DNA of 64,000 nt from Rhynchopus sp. YZ270_cl-10 (taxonomy: Eukaryota). This document shows positions 21,218 through 33,145 of this stretch, in pieces. The stretch lies in contig OZ037836.1 in assembly GCA_964035575.1 (NCBI GenBank), forward strand, positions 62,001 through 126,000, given 5' to 3'. A program made the translations under genes and the position numbers. The number at the start of each line of letters is the position of its first letter. Positions within the stretch are counted from its first letter, which is position 1. The notes beneath the pieces are model-generated. The model had not been told where the DNA came from. It ran no database searches and saw nothing but the letters and a program-made list of their open reading frames with translations.

Positions 21218-24124
21218 GCCCCCCCCCGATTAATTCTTTATTTGGGGGTAGATGGTATTCGCAAAATTACAGGGGAAAATCTTAACGTACACTCTCTGTT
21301 GATTCTAAAACGGGGGAGGGTAAAAAAGCGCGAAAGGTAAATTGGGGAAGAGGTTGAAAAGTTGGAACGCTTCCTCACCCCAGATCACACTTTTTTTTTT
21401 TTTTTTTTGAATAAATAAATAAAACTCCTCTCGAATTTGTTCAAGATGGAACTGAGAGAAAGAAGAAACCCCAAACCCTCCCAGACCAAACGGTCTAACC
21501 TGTTGTATTGACATAGTGTGGGGGAGAATGAGGAGCACAAGAATCGTCTTCGCGCATACTAAAAGATTTCCTACGATATGTCACAAGTGTCATGTCACCG
21601 AAAAAAATAATTATTTGGAAGTGAATTATATGGGGGGAAAATGACTATAACACCCACGTTACTAATACCCATTTACGATAATACCCACTGGGTATTATCG
21701 TAAACTTTTTGGGTATTATCGTAAAGTTTTTGGGTATTATCGTAAACTATTTGGGTATTAGTTTTGGGTATTATCGTAAACTTTTTGGGTATTACCCAGG
21801 TACCCAGGTACGATGTGATTTAGCTGGCTACTCGCGCAAGGTATCAGAGGCGCTCGCACGCTGGTGAATGTGCAGACAAGGTATGGTTTCATCGACCCCA
21901 GAGAAAATACAATTTTCACTAAATTTTTTTATTTTTCCTTCCTTCAAAACTTCACACACAACGCTTTTTGGTTTTTGGAAGACACACAAGGTGCCGGGTT
22001 CTATGATAAGCACGGAACCACCCTGCACCTGTTTGTCATATATATTGTTTCCCGTGCAATACATGGGGAAACGTTTCGCGTCGAAACTAGGGGGGGTTTT
22101 TACACAACTTTTTGCATCCCTGTCTTACATCCTCAAATTCAGGGTAACCATTTTTCTTGACAATTAACAATTAATCTTTCTCCAAGCGACATAACTTAAT
22201 TACACCCACATTTACACTCATCACAGGATCGCGAAATCTGAACTGCATCAGCGATTGCGCTTCTCCGTCTCCGACATTCTACACCTCAACATACGAAGAC
22301 CTGGGTGGGAACATTTAGTCAGTCACTGCTATAGCCATTAACCCAGGGAGCATAGCTAGTGCAAGAAATTCGACTTTGGCAACCTTCCGGAAAGTCTGTC
22401 CTCTGCTCGCGGAGGACTAGACACAAGAAAATATTGCGTTCCCCCAGAAAACCAGTGCACATTTCACACTCCTTGTGGGTGGTCTTGTTGCCTTTTCGTC
22501 ATAGTAATTTTGGCCCAGGCATGCTCTTGAAGCATGACAATTTAGTGTGTATGGGGCAGGGTGTTGTTTTGTTCTGAATTCTCTTTGTTATAACATCTAA
22601 GTCAATCGCGGGTGGTGGTTTGTGTAGCGTGAGGCACTCTTTTTAGCAAACTTCCTGCGGCTGCTAAAGTGTTATTTCTTCGGATTTAACAACGTACAGC
22701 GTAACATAGTGGTTTCGCCTGGTCGACACAACCTTTGATAGATATGGGATAACCAACCCCCTTCGACCCCTTGTGGGTTCACTGAACAAGCCCTAGTGGT
22801 AGTTAAACGCGATTGACATTTACATTCCTAGAGATGAAAGAACAAGACAACACTTCTGTACCCGCGCATCAAAATTGTGGAAAACTTTGCACCCCAAACA
22901 CCCTCAACAACGCCCGCCAAAAGGCGCCCCTTGTTGCTGGGAGTTGGTTCTCATGTTTGATACCTGCACAGCGGGCATTCCTCTGAGTCCAACGCATGTT
23001 TGGCCTGTCTGCGGAGTTGTACTTAAGGTGCACGAAGACAGGGTCTGGTGGTAAATTTTGCGTAGTACTGCGACGTGGTACTGCGTGGGTCTGGGAATAT
23101 GGGTACCTGGGTACAGGATATTGGTTGTGTAAGACATCTTCCACCATGCATTGAGGAGGGTAAGACAGTGTTCGCAGTTTCTACCTGATAGCATTACAAC
23201 ATTTAACTTCTCCACGGGGGTCTTGGGCCGTTCACTCGGTTCTACCTTGACTACCGGAAGATATTCTTGAGGCCTTTTTGGTCTCTAGAATATCCGGTCT
23301 TCCCGAACGGAGGCACACTTTGTGTGTTACTACGACCTGGCAATTTCCAGCAGTAGGTTAAGTAATCTTTCTTGTAAATTGTTGGAACATTATCTCCTCA
23401 GTGCATGAATGCCCCACGTGACTGGACACTTTTGTGTTTGTCATGTGGAGCTGTGGTTGCTCTTTCACGACTTTTTTCCTGTTCCTGGGTACCTGTTCCT
23501 GGACCTGGACCTGGGTACCTGGGTACCTGGGTGCCTGGGTACTACCCAACCTGGGTAATACCCAAAAAGTTTACGATAATACCCAAAAAGTTTACGATAA
23601 TACCCAGTGGGTATTATCGTAAATGGGTATTAGTAACGTGGGTGTTATGATAATTACCCCTTATATGGGTTGGGTGTTATTTGGAACGCTACCCAGATTT
23701 TTTTATTTGGGTTATTTTCTTTTTTGGTCTGGTTTGGCCTACGAAGGCAAAGAAAGCGCGAGGAGAACAAAGAAGCTCAGAAGTTCTGCTGTTTTGCGAC
23801 AATATCACCCCTCTGCCATACTGCTCCTTGCAGTTCGTCCGGGGTGATGCTGAGCGGAATGCGGTCAATCACGATGCTCCCCAGCATCTTCAGGTCGACG
23901 GAGGGCGTCCCTGTGCTGGATCTCTGCGAAGCGGGTAGTCAGTCCTCCGGGGATCACTTTGCAGACAGACTTTCCCTTACTACCCAAATAATTCACTACT
24001 AAATTAATATTTTTCAAAAAAAGTAATTGTTTGGGGGTACTTTTTTTTTCTCCCAACCCCCGTAAAAAAATGTTTATTTGGGGGAATAAGCATTGTTTGG
24101 GGGAAGAATTAATCGGGGGGGGGC
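21218..24124. mobile_element. Putative non-autonomous TIR element (21-bp perfect TIRs)
   Basis: GCCCCCCCCCGATTAATTCTT at 21218-21238 and its reverse complement at 24104-24124; no clear TSD. Confidence 0.55.
21647..23648. mobile_element. Fold-back element with long TIRs made of TGGGTATTATCGTAAACTTTT subrepeats
   Basis: 21647-21811 is inverted at ~23511-23648. Confidence 0.75.
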
Positions 24125-25770
24125 TTTATTTATCTTCGCATTGAAAACGGGGTGCATGCTTGTAAGCGCCAACACAAGCATGTGGATACGGCTGGGGGGT
24201 GAGAGGACGGCAACGAGAGAAGGAGGTGGGTGGGTGGGGGTGCCTTTTTTTATAACGTTTATTCGTGCAAGTTTTATTGTTCACGTTGTAAAAATCTCCT
24301 TGTTTTTCTCTTTGTCTATTTTTCCTGCATTATTTATTCTCTTCTTTGTACTTTCTTTTGTTTTGGTTGTTGTTAGATAAGCTCAATCGCCTATCGAGTT
24401 CTGTGAATAGCACGGAACTCCTTTTCATGTGTATCCATGGAAAACAGTATCATATGTGATACCGGGGAAAATTTTTGAAAAAAGGTGTCGTTTGAGAAAA
24501 ACAAACAAAAACGGGCGCGCTGTGTGAAAAACGAGTGTTTCTCTGCGCGTGATATTTTGTGGGGAAGAATAAAGTGAAGTTATTAATGCAGGCACCTCCG
24601 ACTGACCCACGTACGATGCCAGCCATCCGGATGAAAGCACAAGTACCCTGCGGCCAACAACAGAAGATGTAAAAAGGAACCTAATGACTGGCCCGTACCG
24701 TAAGAGAACGAGGGCGGTTCACAACCGCTCGTCAGCCGGCGGCCCACCTTCCGTTGAAGAGTTGTGAGCTTACAGGTACTGCAGTTCGCTGCACCCAACG
24801 CTTGATGCACGATAGTCTACACAAGAGAGCAGAAACCCAAAAACACAAAAAGGGGTGGGCGGGGGGATCACAACATCTCTCTCTTGGCGCCCCATGCTGT
24901 ACCGACAGTTGGGCCTCACCCTTTCTCTTAGGGATATACATGGACGTCCTTACAGGCAGCACACCGTATGACCGCTGGCCATTTATGCTCCGGGTGCGAG
25001 CACCCATCATAGCATAGGGGGGCCAGCCTGACCCAGCATTTATATACCCTGCCAGGGTGAACTTGCATAAAAGAGGGCAGGGGCGTTTAGACCCTGAGGA
25101 CTAGGGGAAGTCCCGCATACCCCAACAGAAAGACGAAGAATAAAACATTATGAAAAAATCTCGTTGCGTTCCCACTATCGTTTCCGCTGCGCTCTCACTA
25201 GCGTTCCCACTCCATTCGGTTTTCTCTTACTTAGGGAAAAAGGGTGGGGGCTGGGAGTGCAGCTGATGAGTGGTCGCAGTGTATGTTCCATGCGAGGTTC
25301 ACAATGCACAACTAAGAAAAGGGTGCAGCCACCTCAAGAAGGCAGACAACTGCAGAACCGTGGTTGAGAATGCTGATGAAAGAGAAGCTTTTGACAGCCT
25401 ATCATAACGTACATGCTCTGTTGGATGCGAACACACTCTTATGTATCAAATCAAAAGGAAGATGAAATAAACAAATAGAAGAGAACAACAGTAGTACACA
25501 TCATGATTTTGATCCAGAGTTTGCCGGGTGTGTGGCGGTGATTGCCGGATGCCAAACACTGCCAAACCCAGGGTAAAAATCATGTGGACAGTTTGTCAAA
25601 TCAAAAGAGAGAAAATAGAAGAGAGAAAAAGGAGGACACTAATTGTGCCTGAGAAGACTCCTCTGAATGGAGCACAAAATAAAAAACACTACAAAAAAAT
25701 TCAATAACCCACGCACGCACAACACAACCTTTATTTCATCCTCACCAGAACTGTGGAATCATCATATCGG

Positions 25771-27312
25771 TCAACGGGAAAATGGCGACAGCGCTGCCAT
25801 CACCAGAAACACCGACACGAAGCAGCACACAACCCACCGGATCACAAACCCCCGCCGAAGGCCCTCCTTCTTTGGCACAGCAGCGACTACAGCAGGAGCC
25901 TTCTTCAGGAGACTCTGATCGCTCCTGCTAGGTTCCCATTCCTTCTTTTGCACAGTATCAACTACAGCAGGAGCCTTCTTCAGGAGACACTGATCGCTCC
26001 TGCTAGGTTCCCATTCCTTCTTTTGCACAGCATAGACTACAGCAGGAGCCTTCTTCAGGAGACTCTGATCGCTCCTGCTAGGTTCCCATTCCTTCTTTTG
26101 CACAGTATCAACTACAGCAGGAGCCTTCTTCAGGAGACACTGATCGCTCCTGCTAGGTTCCCATTCCTTCTTTGGCACAGCAGCGACTACAGCAGGAGCC
26201 TTCTTCAGGAGACACTGATCGCTCCTGCTAGGTTCCCATTCCTTCTTTTGCACAGTATCAACTACAGCAGGAGCCTTCTTCAGGAGACACTGATCGCTCC
26301 TGCTAGGTTCCCATTCCTTCTTTTGCACAGTATCAACTACAGCAGGAGCCTTCTTCAGGAGACACTGATCGCTCCTGCTAGGTTCCCATTCCTTCTTTGG
26401 CACAGCAGCGACTACAGCAGGAGCCTTCTTCAGGAGACGCTGATCGCTCCTGCTGGGTCCCTGTGCAACAACCGGACTGTGCGGCATTGGAATCGCATGC
26501 GCCGAGCCCATTGTGGTGGACTGCGCACTCAGCTCCCCGGCGTGGTGTAAACTCGGGTGTCGGCTGGGCTTCCGCACCTGGGTTTGCACCTCTGAGATTG
26601 CGGAAGCCGAGTCGCGTAGGGTGGACCGCGCTCTCGGCTCCCTGGTGGGATGCAAACTCGGTCTCGGTTGCGAGATGGGTTTCTGCGGCTCCACCACCTG
26701 TGTGTACACCTTATAAATCGTATATGCCGAGCCATGTGTGGTGTACCACACGCCTGCCTCCCCGACGTGGAAGACGTACTCAGAGACACAGTGACTCGCG
26801 TTGTTCTGGAAGGCACCTCCATTGGTGCGTGTCGCAGTGTACCCAGGATAGCGGTCCTGCAAGGTGTCGTTCGTGTTGTGCAGCTCAAACCCGTGTTTTC
26901 TCACGATGGAGGGCAACATCAGGTACTGTTGTGCTTGTCGTTGGTTCCCATGACAGCTGATGTGGACTGTGCCACCCTTGGCGAGGCCCGTTCGGCACCA
27001 CGCAAACAGGCGATCCACAACCTCTGGGATGGGTGTTGCGTGATCGCCACAAGGACAGTTGAACTGCACCCTGGAGAACGTGCAGCCACTGGGCAAGCGA
27101 CTCGCGTCGAGCACACCCACCAGGACACCCAGCGCCTCCAGGATCCTGATGTTGCTCGTTGTGACTTCTCCACATATGTCGGTTGCCACCACTTGTGAGC
27201 ACAGCCAGGGGTGCCGCTTGCAGAAGGCCACAGCGAAGGAAAAGTTGCCCTCACCAAGAAGCAGGATGTCTCGGGTGCCGATGGCGTGTCTGTCGAGCTG
27301 GGGCAGGTACAT
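25771..27312 (-). CDS. DUF2431/Bmt5-like SAM methyltransferase domain + 8 x 25-aa repeats + C-terminal hydrophobic helix
   Basis: ILLLGEGNFSFA, VVATD, LDASRL, FSRVQFNCPC, GGTVHIS and YPGYTATRT; 75-bp repeats at ~25865-26455. Confidence 0.8.
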   Translation of the reverse strand: MYLPQLDRHAIGTRDILLLGEGNFSFAVAFCKRHPWLCSQVVATDICGEVTTSNIRILEALGVLVGVLDASRLPSGCTFSRVQFNCPCGDHATPIPEVVDRLFAWCRTGLAKGGTVHISCHGNQRQAQQYLMLPSIVRKHGFELHNTNDTLQDRYPGYTATRTNGGAFQNNASHCVSEYVFHVGEAGVWYTTHGSAYTIYKVYTQVVEPQKPISQPRPSLHPTREPRARSTLRDSASAISEVQTQVRKPSRHPSLHHAGELSAQSTTMGSAHAIPMPHSPVVAQGPSRSDQRLLKKAPAVVAAVPKKEWEPSRSDQCLLKKAPAVVDTVQKKEWEPSRSDQCLLKKAPAVVDTVQKKEWEPSRSDQCLLKKAPAVVAAVPKKEWEPSRSDQCLLKKAPAVVDTVQKKEWEPSRSDQSLLKKAPAVVYAVQKKEWEPSRSDQCLLKKAPAVVDTVQKKEWEPSRSDQSLLKKAPAVVAAVPKKEGLRRGFVIRWVVCCFVSVFLVMAALSPFSR

Positions 27313-27507
27313 TATGTTTGACTTCATAACGACAAATACGCAGATTTACAGTATGAAATGTGTTTGCCTGAAGTACAGAAAGTGTCGTGGAACACAGGGG
27401 GGAAAGAGAGGGGGAAATCAAGCGGGGGAGGTGGATACGCAGACGCGCAACTTTTCACGCGGGTCTCGAGCATTTTTGTGACATACTACATGTTTACTAA
27501 TAAATAA

Positions 27508-27726
27508 AAAATGAAATACCCCCTTCTTTATTTTTACGTTGTTTGTTGTTTGTTGATCGCATCCATCCATTTTTTTCAAACCCCAAAAGTCCAGAAATAC
27601 CCCGAAAACCCGCGTCCTGAAGTACGGGGGAGAGGTGGAGCACAAAAGGGGGGAAGGGGAAACGGTAACACTCATGGCAACCGAAGAACGCGTCTTTCAT
27701 TTCCAGACGTATTGCATACTCGTACA
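27508..27726 (-). mobile_element. Solo A-B terminal remnant of the YR retrotransposon
   Basis: Reverse complement is a diverged repeat A joined directly to repeat B. Confidence 0.88.
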
Positions 27727-28237
27727 TAAATGAAATAAAAGTTGACGTGAAATACAACAGCCCTCTCGTAACAAAGTGTGCCTTAGATGACAGGTGTCCA
27801 TGCGAGGACCTCAGGTTCACAATGCACAACTAAGAAAAGCGTGCAGCCACCTCAAGAAGGCAGACAACTGCAGAACCGTGGTTGAGAATGCTGATGAAAG
27901 AGAAGCTTTTGACAGCCTATCATAACGTACGTGCTCTGTTGGTTCTTCTGAAAACGGTGGGGCAACTCAGATTTGATGCGAACACTCTTGTGTATCAAAT
28001 CAAAAGGAAAATGAAATAAACAAATAGAAGAGAACTACAGTAGTACACATCATGATTTTGATCCAGAGTTTGCCGGGTGTGTGTGGCGGTGATTGCCTGA
28101 CGCCAAACACTGCCAAACTAAGGGTAAAAATCATGTGGACAGTTTGTCAAATCAAAAGAGAAAATAGAAGAGAGAAAAAGGAGGACACTAATTGTGCCTG
28201 AGAAGACTCCTCTGAATGGAGAGAAAGAAAAACACTA

Positions 28238-28440
28238 CCGACCCTCCCCCTTGAAATTGTGCCCCCTGGGGGGAAAAGTGAGGGACAATATCACGTACGG
28301 CAAAAGGGGGGGACAACGTACTGTAGGGGGGGTGGCCGTTTTGGTGTGAAGAAGGGAGAGCAAAGGTTGTCCCCGTGACTCCCTTGAAATTGTCCCTGGC
28401 GGCAAAATACCGGGGGGACAATTTCACGGGGGAGGGTCGG
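28238..28440. mobile_element. 203-bp Tc1/mariner-type MITE with TA target duplication
   Basis: TIRs CCGACCCTCCCCC(T/G)TGAAATTGT; TA at 28236-28237 and 28441-28442. The empty site CACTACAAAA is seen in the paralogous region at ~25687-25696. Confidence 0.88.
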
Positions 28441-28524
28441 TACAAAAAAAAAACTTCAACCATACACCCCTCCCACGCACATCATGACCTTAATTTCATC
28501 CTCGCCAGAGCTGTAGCCTCTAAA

Positions 28525-29502
28525 TCATCTCGGCCTGGGGGAAAACGGCGACAGCCCTGCCATCACCAGAAACACTGACACGAAGCACAGAACGCAGCGG
28601 ATCACAATACTGGGTCCTTCCTTCTTTGGCACAGCGGCTACAGCCAGAGCCTCCTTCCTGGTGGGCTGCAAACTCTTACGTTGCGAGATGGGTTTCTGCG
28701 GCTCAACCACCTGTGTGTACACCTTATAAATCGTGTATGCCGAGCCATGTGTGGTGTACCACACGCCTGCCGCCCCGATGTGGAAGACGTACTCAGTGAC
28801 GAGGTGACTTGCGTTGTTCTGGAAGGCACCTCCATTGGTGCGTGTCGCAGTGTACCCAGGGTAGCGGTCCTGCAAGGTGTCGTTCGTGTTGTGCAGCTCA
28901 AACCCATGTTTTCTCACGATGGAAGGCAACATCAGGTCATGCTGTGCTTGCCATTGCTTCCCGTGGCAACTGATGTGGACTGTGCCACCATCGGTGAGGC
29001 CCGTTCGGCACCACGCAAACAGGCGATCCACAACCTTTGGGATGGGTGTTGCGTGATCGCCACAAGGACAATTGAACTGCACCCTGGAGAACGTGCAGCC
29101 ACTGGGCAAGCGACTCGCGTCGAGCTCACCCACCAGTACACCCAGCGCCTCCAGGGTTCCGATGTTGCTGGCCGTGACTTTTCCCAGTTTTCTCCCAGTT
29201 TCGCGTCTGACACATATGTCGGTTGCCACCACTTGTGAGCACAGCCAGGGGTGCCGCTTGCAGAAGGCCACAGCGAAGGAAAAGTTGCCCTCACCAAGAA
29301 GCAGGATGTCTCGGGTGCCGATGGCGTGTCTGTCGAGCCGGGGCAGGGGTGGCGGTGCAGCGCAGTTCCGTTCGTGCTGCTCAACTTGAGATTTGACATG
29401 AAAAGGCCTGCCGGCCCTCGACTCAGACGCACCACAGTACCTGCAATCATACAGCCCGCTGTCATGGTTGTAGAGATAATCACTATCGCTGTCGAAGTAC
29501 AT
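28525..29502 (-). CDS. Zinc finger + DUF2431/Bmt5-like domain + C-terminal hydrophobic helix
   Basis: CRYCGASES...HERNC as in the RING genes, then the same MTase motifs. Confidence 0.82.
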   Translation of the reverse strand: MYFDSDSDYLYNHDSGLYDCRYCGASESRAGRPFHVKSQVEQHERNCAAPPPLPRLDRHAIGTRDILLLGEGNFSFAVAFCKRHPWLCSQVVATDICVRRETGRKLGKVTASNIGTLEALGVLVGELDASRLPSGCTFSRVQFNCPCGDHATPIPKVVDRLFAWCRTGLTDGGTVHISCHGKQWQAQHDLMLPSIVRKHGFELHNTNDTLQDRYPGYTATRTNGGAFQNNASHLVTEYVFHIGAAGVWYTTHGSAYTIYKVYTQVVEPQKPISQRKSLQPTRKEALAVAAVPKKEGPSIVIRCVLCFVSVFLVMAGLSPFSPRPR

Positions 29503-30639
29503 TATGTTATCAAGACCTGTCAGGTGTGTGTCGTATGTTTATAGTAATTCCATTTTCCTTCAAAACGTCACGCACAACGTTTTATGGTTTTTGGGAGACA
29601 CACAAGGTGCCAGGTTCTTATGATATGAACGGAACCACCCTGCACCTGTTTGTCATCTTGTTTGCCGTGCAATAGGATGGAACATGAATACAAGGGGGGT
29701 TGTTTCGCAAACTAGGAAATGCTTTTTTGATAAAAAATATCGAAGAAAAGAACAGGCACGTTGACAATAATATAAACCCTTTTCATCTGTAGTTTAGTTG
29801 GTACGCTACCCCTTGCCGACGGACTCGACGTGGTGGTGTATTGTGTACGGTGTCTCGTTGAAGGACGTTGTGCAGCCGTTCCCTGAGGCTGCCTTCTCTG
29901 CGATGCGCTGCGCACTCTGCTTCTTGCAGACCTGCTAAAGCTGTGCGATCAGCAGCGTACAGCTCTCCAACAACACACGGTGCATATTCCCCTGAGGATC
30001 GGGGGAACGCTCTGAAGAGCAGCTGAGACCTAGCACCTACTCCTGGAGACGTGCGTTTGTTTGCGTGCTTCTTGGCAAGCTCGTGTCCGCAGGCCTCGAC
30101 AGGTGGTTGTTAGCAGCAAGCAGGGTGGTGTGGTCGCATTGGAGACGGTAGTGCTTCATGGTAAGCCTAGAGCGTGCGGAGCAAGGATGCGGTTCTCTCC
30201 TGTGTGTGTGTTGACTGCGAGATGTGCTTATAAACGGCTGGTTGCGGCCTCAAGAAGGTGGGTCTGCTCGAATGCGTGTTGTAGTGCAGCGTGCGCCTTT
30301 TGTGGTCTGTGTGTGGAAGGCAGTCTCGCAGTCGTTAGTAGAGGACTTAAAATGGACTGCGTCGTGGTGTATGCCGTTGTGTATGGCAATGAGAAACTGC
30401 ACCTCTGCCTGCTTATCAAAGGTCAATCATGTGGACAGTTTGTCAAATCAAAAGAGAAAATAGAAGAAAGAAAAAGGAGGACACTAATTGTGTCTGAGAA
30501 GACTCCTCTGAATGGAGAAAAAGAGAAGTGAAAAAAAAAGAAAAAGCTCCTGCGTCGGTTTTCTTTTGGTTACAAAAAATCTAATAACCCCCACACGTAC
30601 ATCACAACCTATATTCCATCCTCACCACAACTGAAGACA

Positions 30640-31959
30640 TCATCTCAGCCTGGCGGAAAATGGCGACAGCCCTGCCATCACCAGAAACATTGAAACCACG
30701 CAGCACACAACGTAGCACCGGATCACAAAGCTGTGCCGAGGGATAACCTCACGTCCCCCCTTCTTTGGCACAGCAGCGACTACAGCAGGAGCCTTCTTCA
30801 GGAGACTCTGATCGTTCCTGCTAGGTCCCTGTGCAACAACCCGACTGTGCGGCATGGGAATCGCGTACGCCGAGCCCATTGTGGTGGACTGCGCACTCTG
30901 CTCCCCAGCGTGGTGTAAACTCGGGTGTCGGATGGGCTTCCGCACCTGGGTTTGCACCTCTGAGATTGCGGATGCCGAGCCGTGTAGGGTGGACCGCGCT
31001 CTCGGCTCCCTTGTGGGATGCAAACTCGGTCTCGGTTGCGAGATGGGTGTCTGCGGCTCAACCACCTGTGTGTACACCTCTTCAATAGTGTATGACGAGC
31101 TATCTGTGGTGTACGACACGCCTGCCTCCCCGATGTGGAAGACGTACTCAGTTACGAGGTTAGGAGCGCTGTTCCGGAAGGCATGTCCATCGGTGCGCAT
31201 CGCAGTGTACCCAGGGTAGCGGTCCTGTAAGGTGTCGTTCCAGTTGTGCAGCTCAAACCTATGATTACTCACGATGGCGGGCAACATCAGCCGTTGGTCT
31301 CCATGAATGCTGATGTGGACTGTGCCACCCTTGGCGAGTCCTGTTCGGCACCACGCAAACAGGCGATCCACAACCTCTGGGATGGGTGTTCCGTTATCTC
31401 CACAAGGACAGTTGAACTGCACCCTGGAGAACGTGCAGCCACTGGGCAAGCGACTCGCGTCGAGCACACCCACCAGGACACCCAGCGCCTCCAGGATCCT
31501 GATGTTGCTGGCCGCAAATTTTCCTTTTCTCTCAGTTTTGCGTCTAATATAAATGTCGGTTGCCACCACTTTTGAGCACAGCCAGGGGTGCCGCTTGCAG
31601 AAGGCCACAGCGAAGGAAAAGGTGCCCTCACCAAGAAGCAGGATGTCTCGGGTGCCGATGGCGTGTCTGTCGAGCTGGAGTGGTACAGCGGGTTGATGTG
31701 GGGTGTGAGAGCTGTGTGGTGCCCCCGTGGAGGGCAGCAGCTGTTGTTGATACTGATGATGACGGTCATGAGTGAGATGGGGGCTGCAGTTATTGCGGCA
31801 GTTATTTTCATGAGATTTGCGCTGCTGCTCAGTCAGGAACACCCTCCCTCGGTTCGACTTCGTGGCACCACACTTCGTGCAAGGGAACTGAACTGCCGCT
31901 TGAACTGCCTTAAGATAAGGCATCCCACTGGGCGTGTAACTCTCCTCAATGGAGTACAT
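30640..31959 (-). CDS. Zinc finger + DUF2431/Bmt5-like domain + linker + C-terminal hydrophobic helix
   Basis: CTKCGATKS...HENNC; ILLLGEGTFSFA; a single copy of the 25-aa unit. Confidence 0.82.
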   Translation of the reverse strand: MYSIEESYTPSGMPYLKAVQAAVQFPCTKCGATKSNRGRVFLTEQQRKSHENNCRNNCSPHLTHDRHHQYQQQLLPSTGAPHSSHTPHQPAVPLQLDRHAIGTRDILLLGEGTFSFAVAFCKRHPWLCSKVVATDIYIRRKTERKGKFAASNIRILEALGVLVGVLDASRLPSGCTFSRVQFNCPCGDNGTPIPEVVDRLFAWCRTGLAKGGTVHISIHGDQRLMLPAIVSNHRFELHNWNDTLQDRYPGYTAMRTDGHAFRNSAPNLVTEYVFHIGEAGVSYTTDSSSYTIEEVYTQVVEPQTPISQPRPSLHPTREPRARSTLHGSASAISEVQTQVRKPIRHPSLHHAGEQSAQSTTMGSAYAIPMPHSRVVAQGPSRNDQSLLKKAPAVVAAVPKKGGREVIPRHSFVIRCYVVCCVVSMFLVMAGLSPFSARLR

Positions 31960-32351
31960 TATGTTATGTTGTCACCTGTTAGATGTGTGTCGTATGTTTC
32001 CAGTAATTCTATTATTCCTTCAAAACTTCACACACAACGGTTTTTGGTTTTTAGGAGACACACAAGGTGCCAGGTTCTATGATATGCACGGAACCACCTT
32101 GCACCTCTTTGTCATCTTGTTTCCCGTGCAATAGGCGGGGAAAGGTTTCGCAAACCCGCAAACCCGCAAACCCCGGGTTCTCTTTGTTTTTCTCTTTGTC
32201 TATTTTTCCTGCATTTTTTATTCTCTTCTTTGTACTTTCTTTTGTTTTGGTTGTTGTTAGATAAGCTCAATCGCCTATCGAGTTCTGTGAATAGCACGGA
32301 ACTCCTTTTCATGTGTATCCATGGAAATCAGTATCATATGTGATACCGGGG

Positions 32352-33145
32352 GGAAATGCAAAAAAACATCGAAAGAGGGGGCACTTTAATTTATCATTTG
32401 GAAACCCTTTCCACTTTACGCGTTGTTCATTTTTGTCTTTTTTATTCTCGAAAAAATCGGTTCATCCAATCGTGCCGGTTGCCGAGAGGCAGACCAGAGT
32501 CCTCCTCTTCCGCAATATCAGGCGCCCTTTTCGTGTTCATAATTGTATGGGCTGATGTCGGGAGGCACTTCCAGTCCAAAGAAATTTTGCATTTTCTCCT
32601 TTTCAAGCTTTGTATAAAACCGTTACTGTTTACTATTTTTGTGAAAAACACGGGAAAGACGGGCGGGACTTCCATTTTGTACTTGTGTCCAGACATTTGG
32701 AGGATATCAGTCGTTACGGAGCTTGTTACAGTAGATGATGTTTCCTTGCACCTGTCCAACATTGCCCATACAACTGGCATTGCGTTGAAGTTGAAGGACT
32801 CAACACAATACACTATAACTCATGTAGAGTGCAGCTTGTTCACTGCTCCTTTTTGTTGGAAAAGGAATACAGAAAAAACTGTTTGCTTCCATGCTCTCCG
32901 ATCCGCAAGAATTTGTGGACGTGGCTTACACGATTTTTTTTTGAAAAGACCACAAGGAAAACGAAAAGGGCACCTGATATTGCGGAAGAGGAGGACTCTG
33001 GTCTGCCTCTCGGCAACCGGCACGATTGGATGAACCGATTTTTTCGAGAATAAAAAAGACAAAAATGAACAACGCGTAAAGTGGAAAGGGTTTCCAAATG
33101 ATAAATTAAAGTGCCCCCTCTTTCGATGTTTTTTTGCATTTTTCC
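32352..33145. mobile_element. ~790-bp fold-back element with ~180-bp TIRs (Mutator/FB-like, non-autonomous)
   Basis: 32354-32534 is inverted at ~32961-33141; mirrored ORFs start with the same MQKNIERGG on both strands. Confidence 0.8.

Noticed and set aside
22140..24056. Transposase inside the nested TIR elements (VIPGGLT resembles a pogo DDE motif)
   Set aside because: Only short ORFs, with no following QPLD or other catalytic context.
29760..30420. 156-aa ORF 30061..30531 as a gene
   Set aside because: TTG start, no motif, and it runs into the non-coding downstream cassette.
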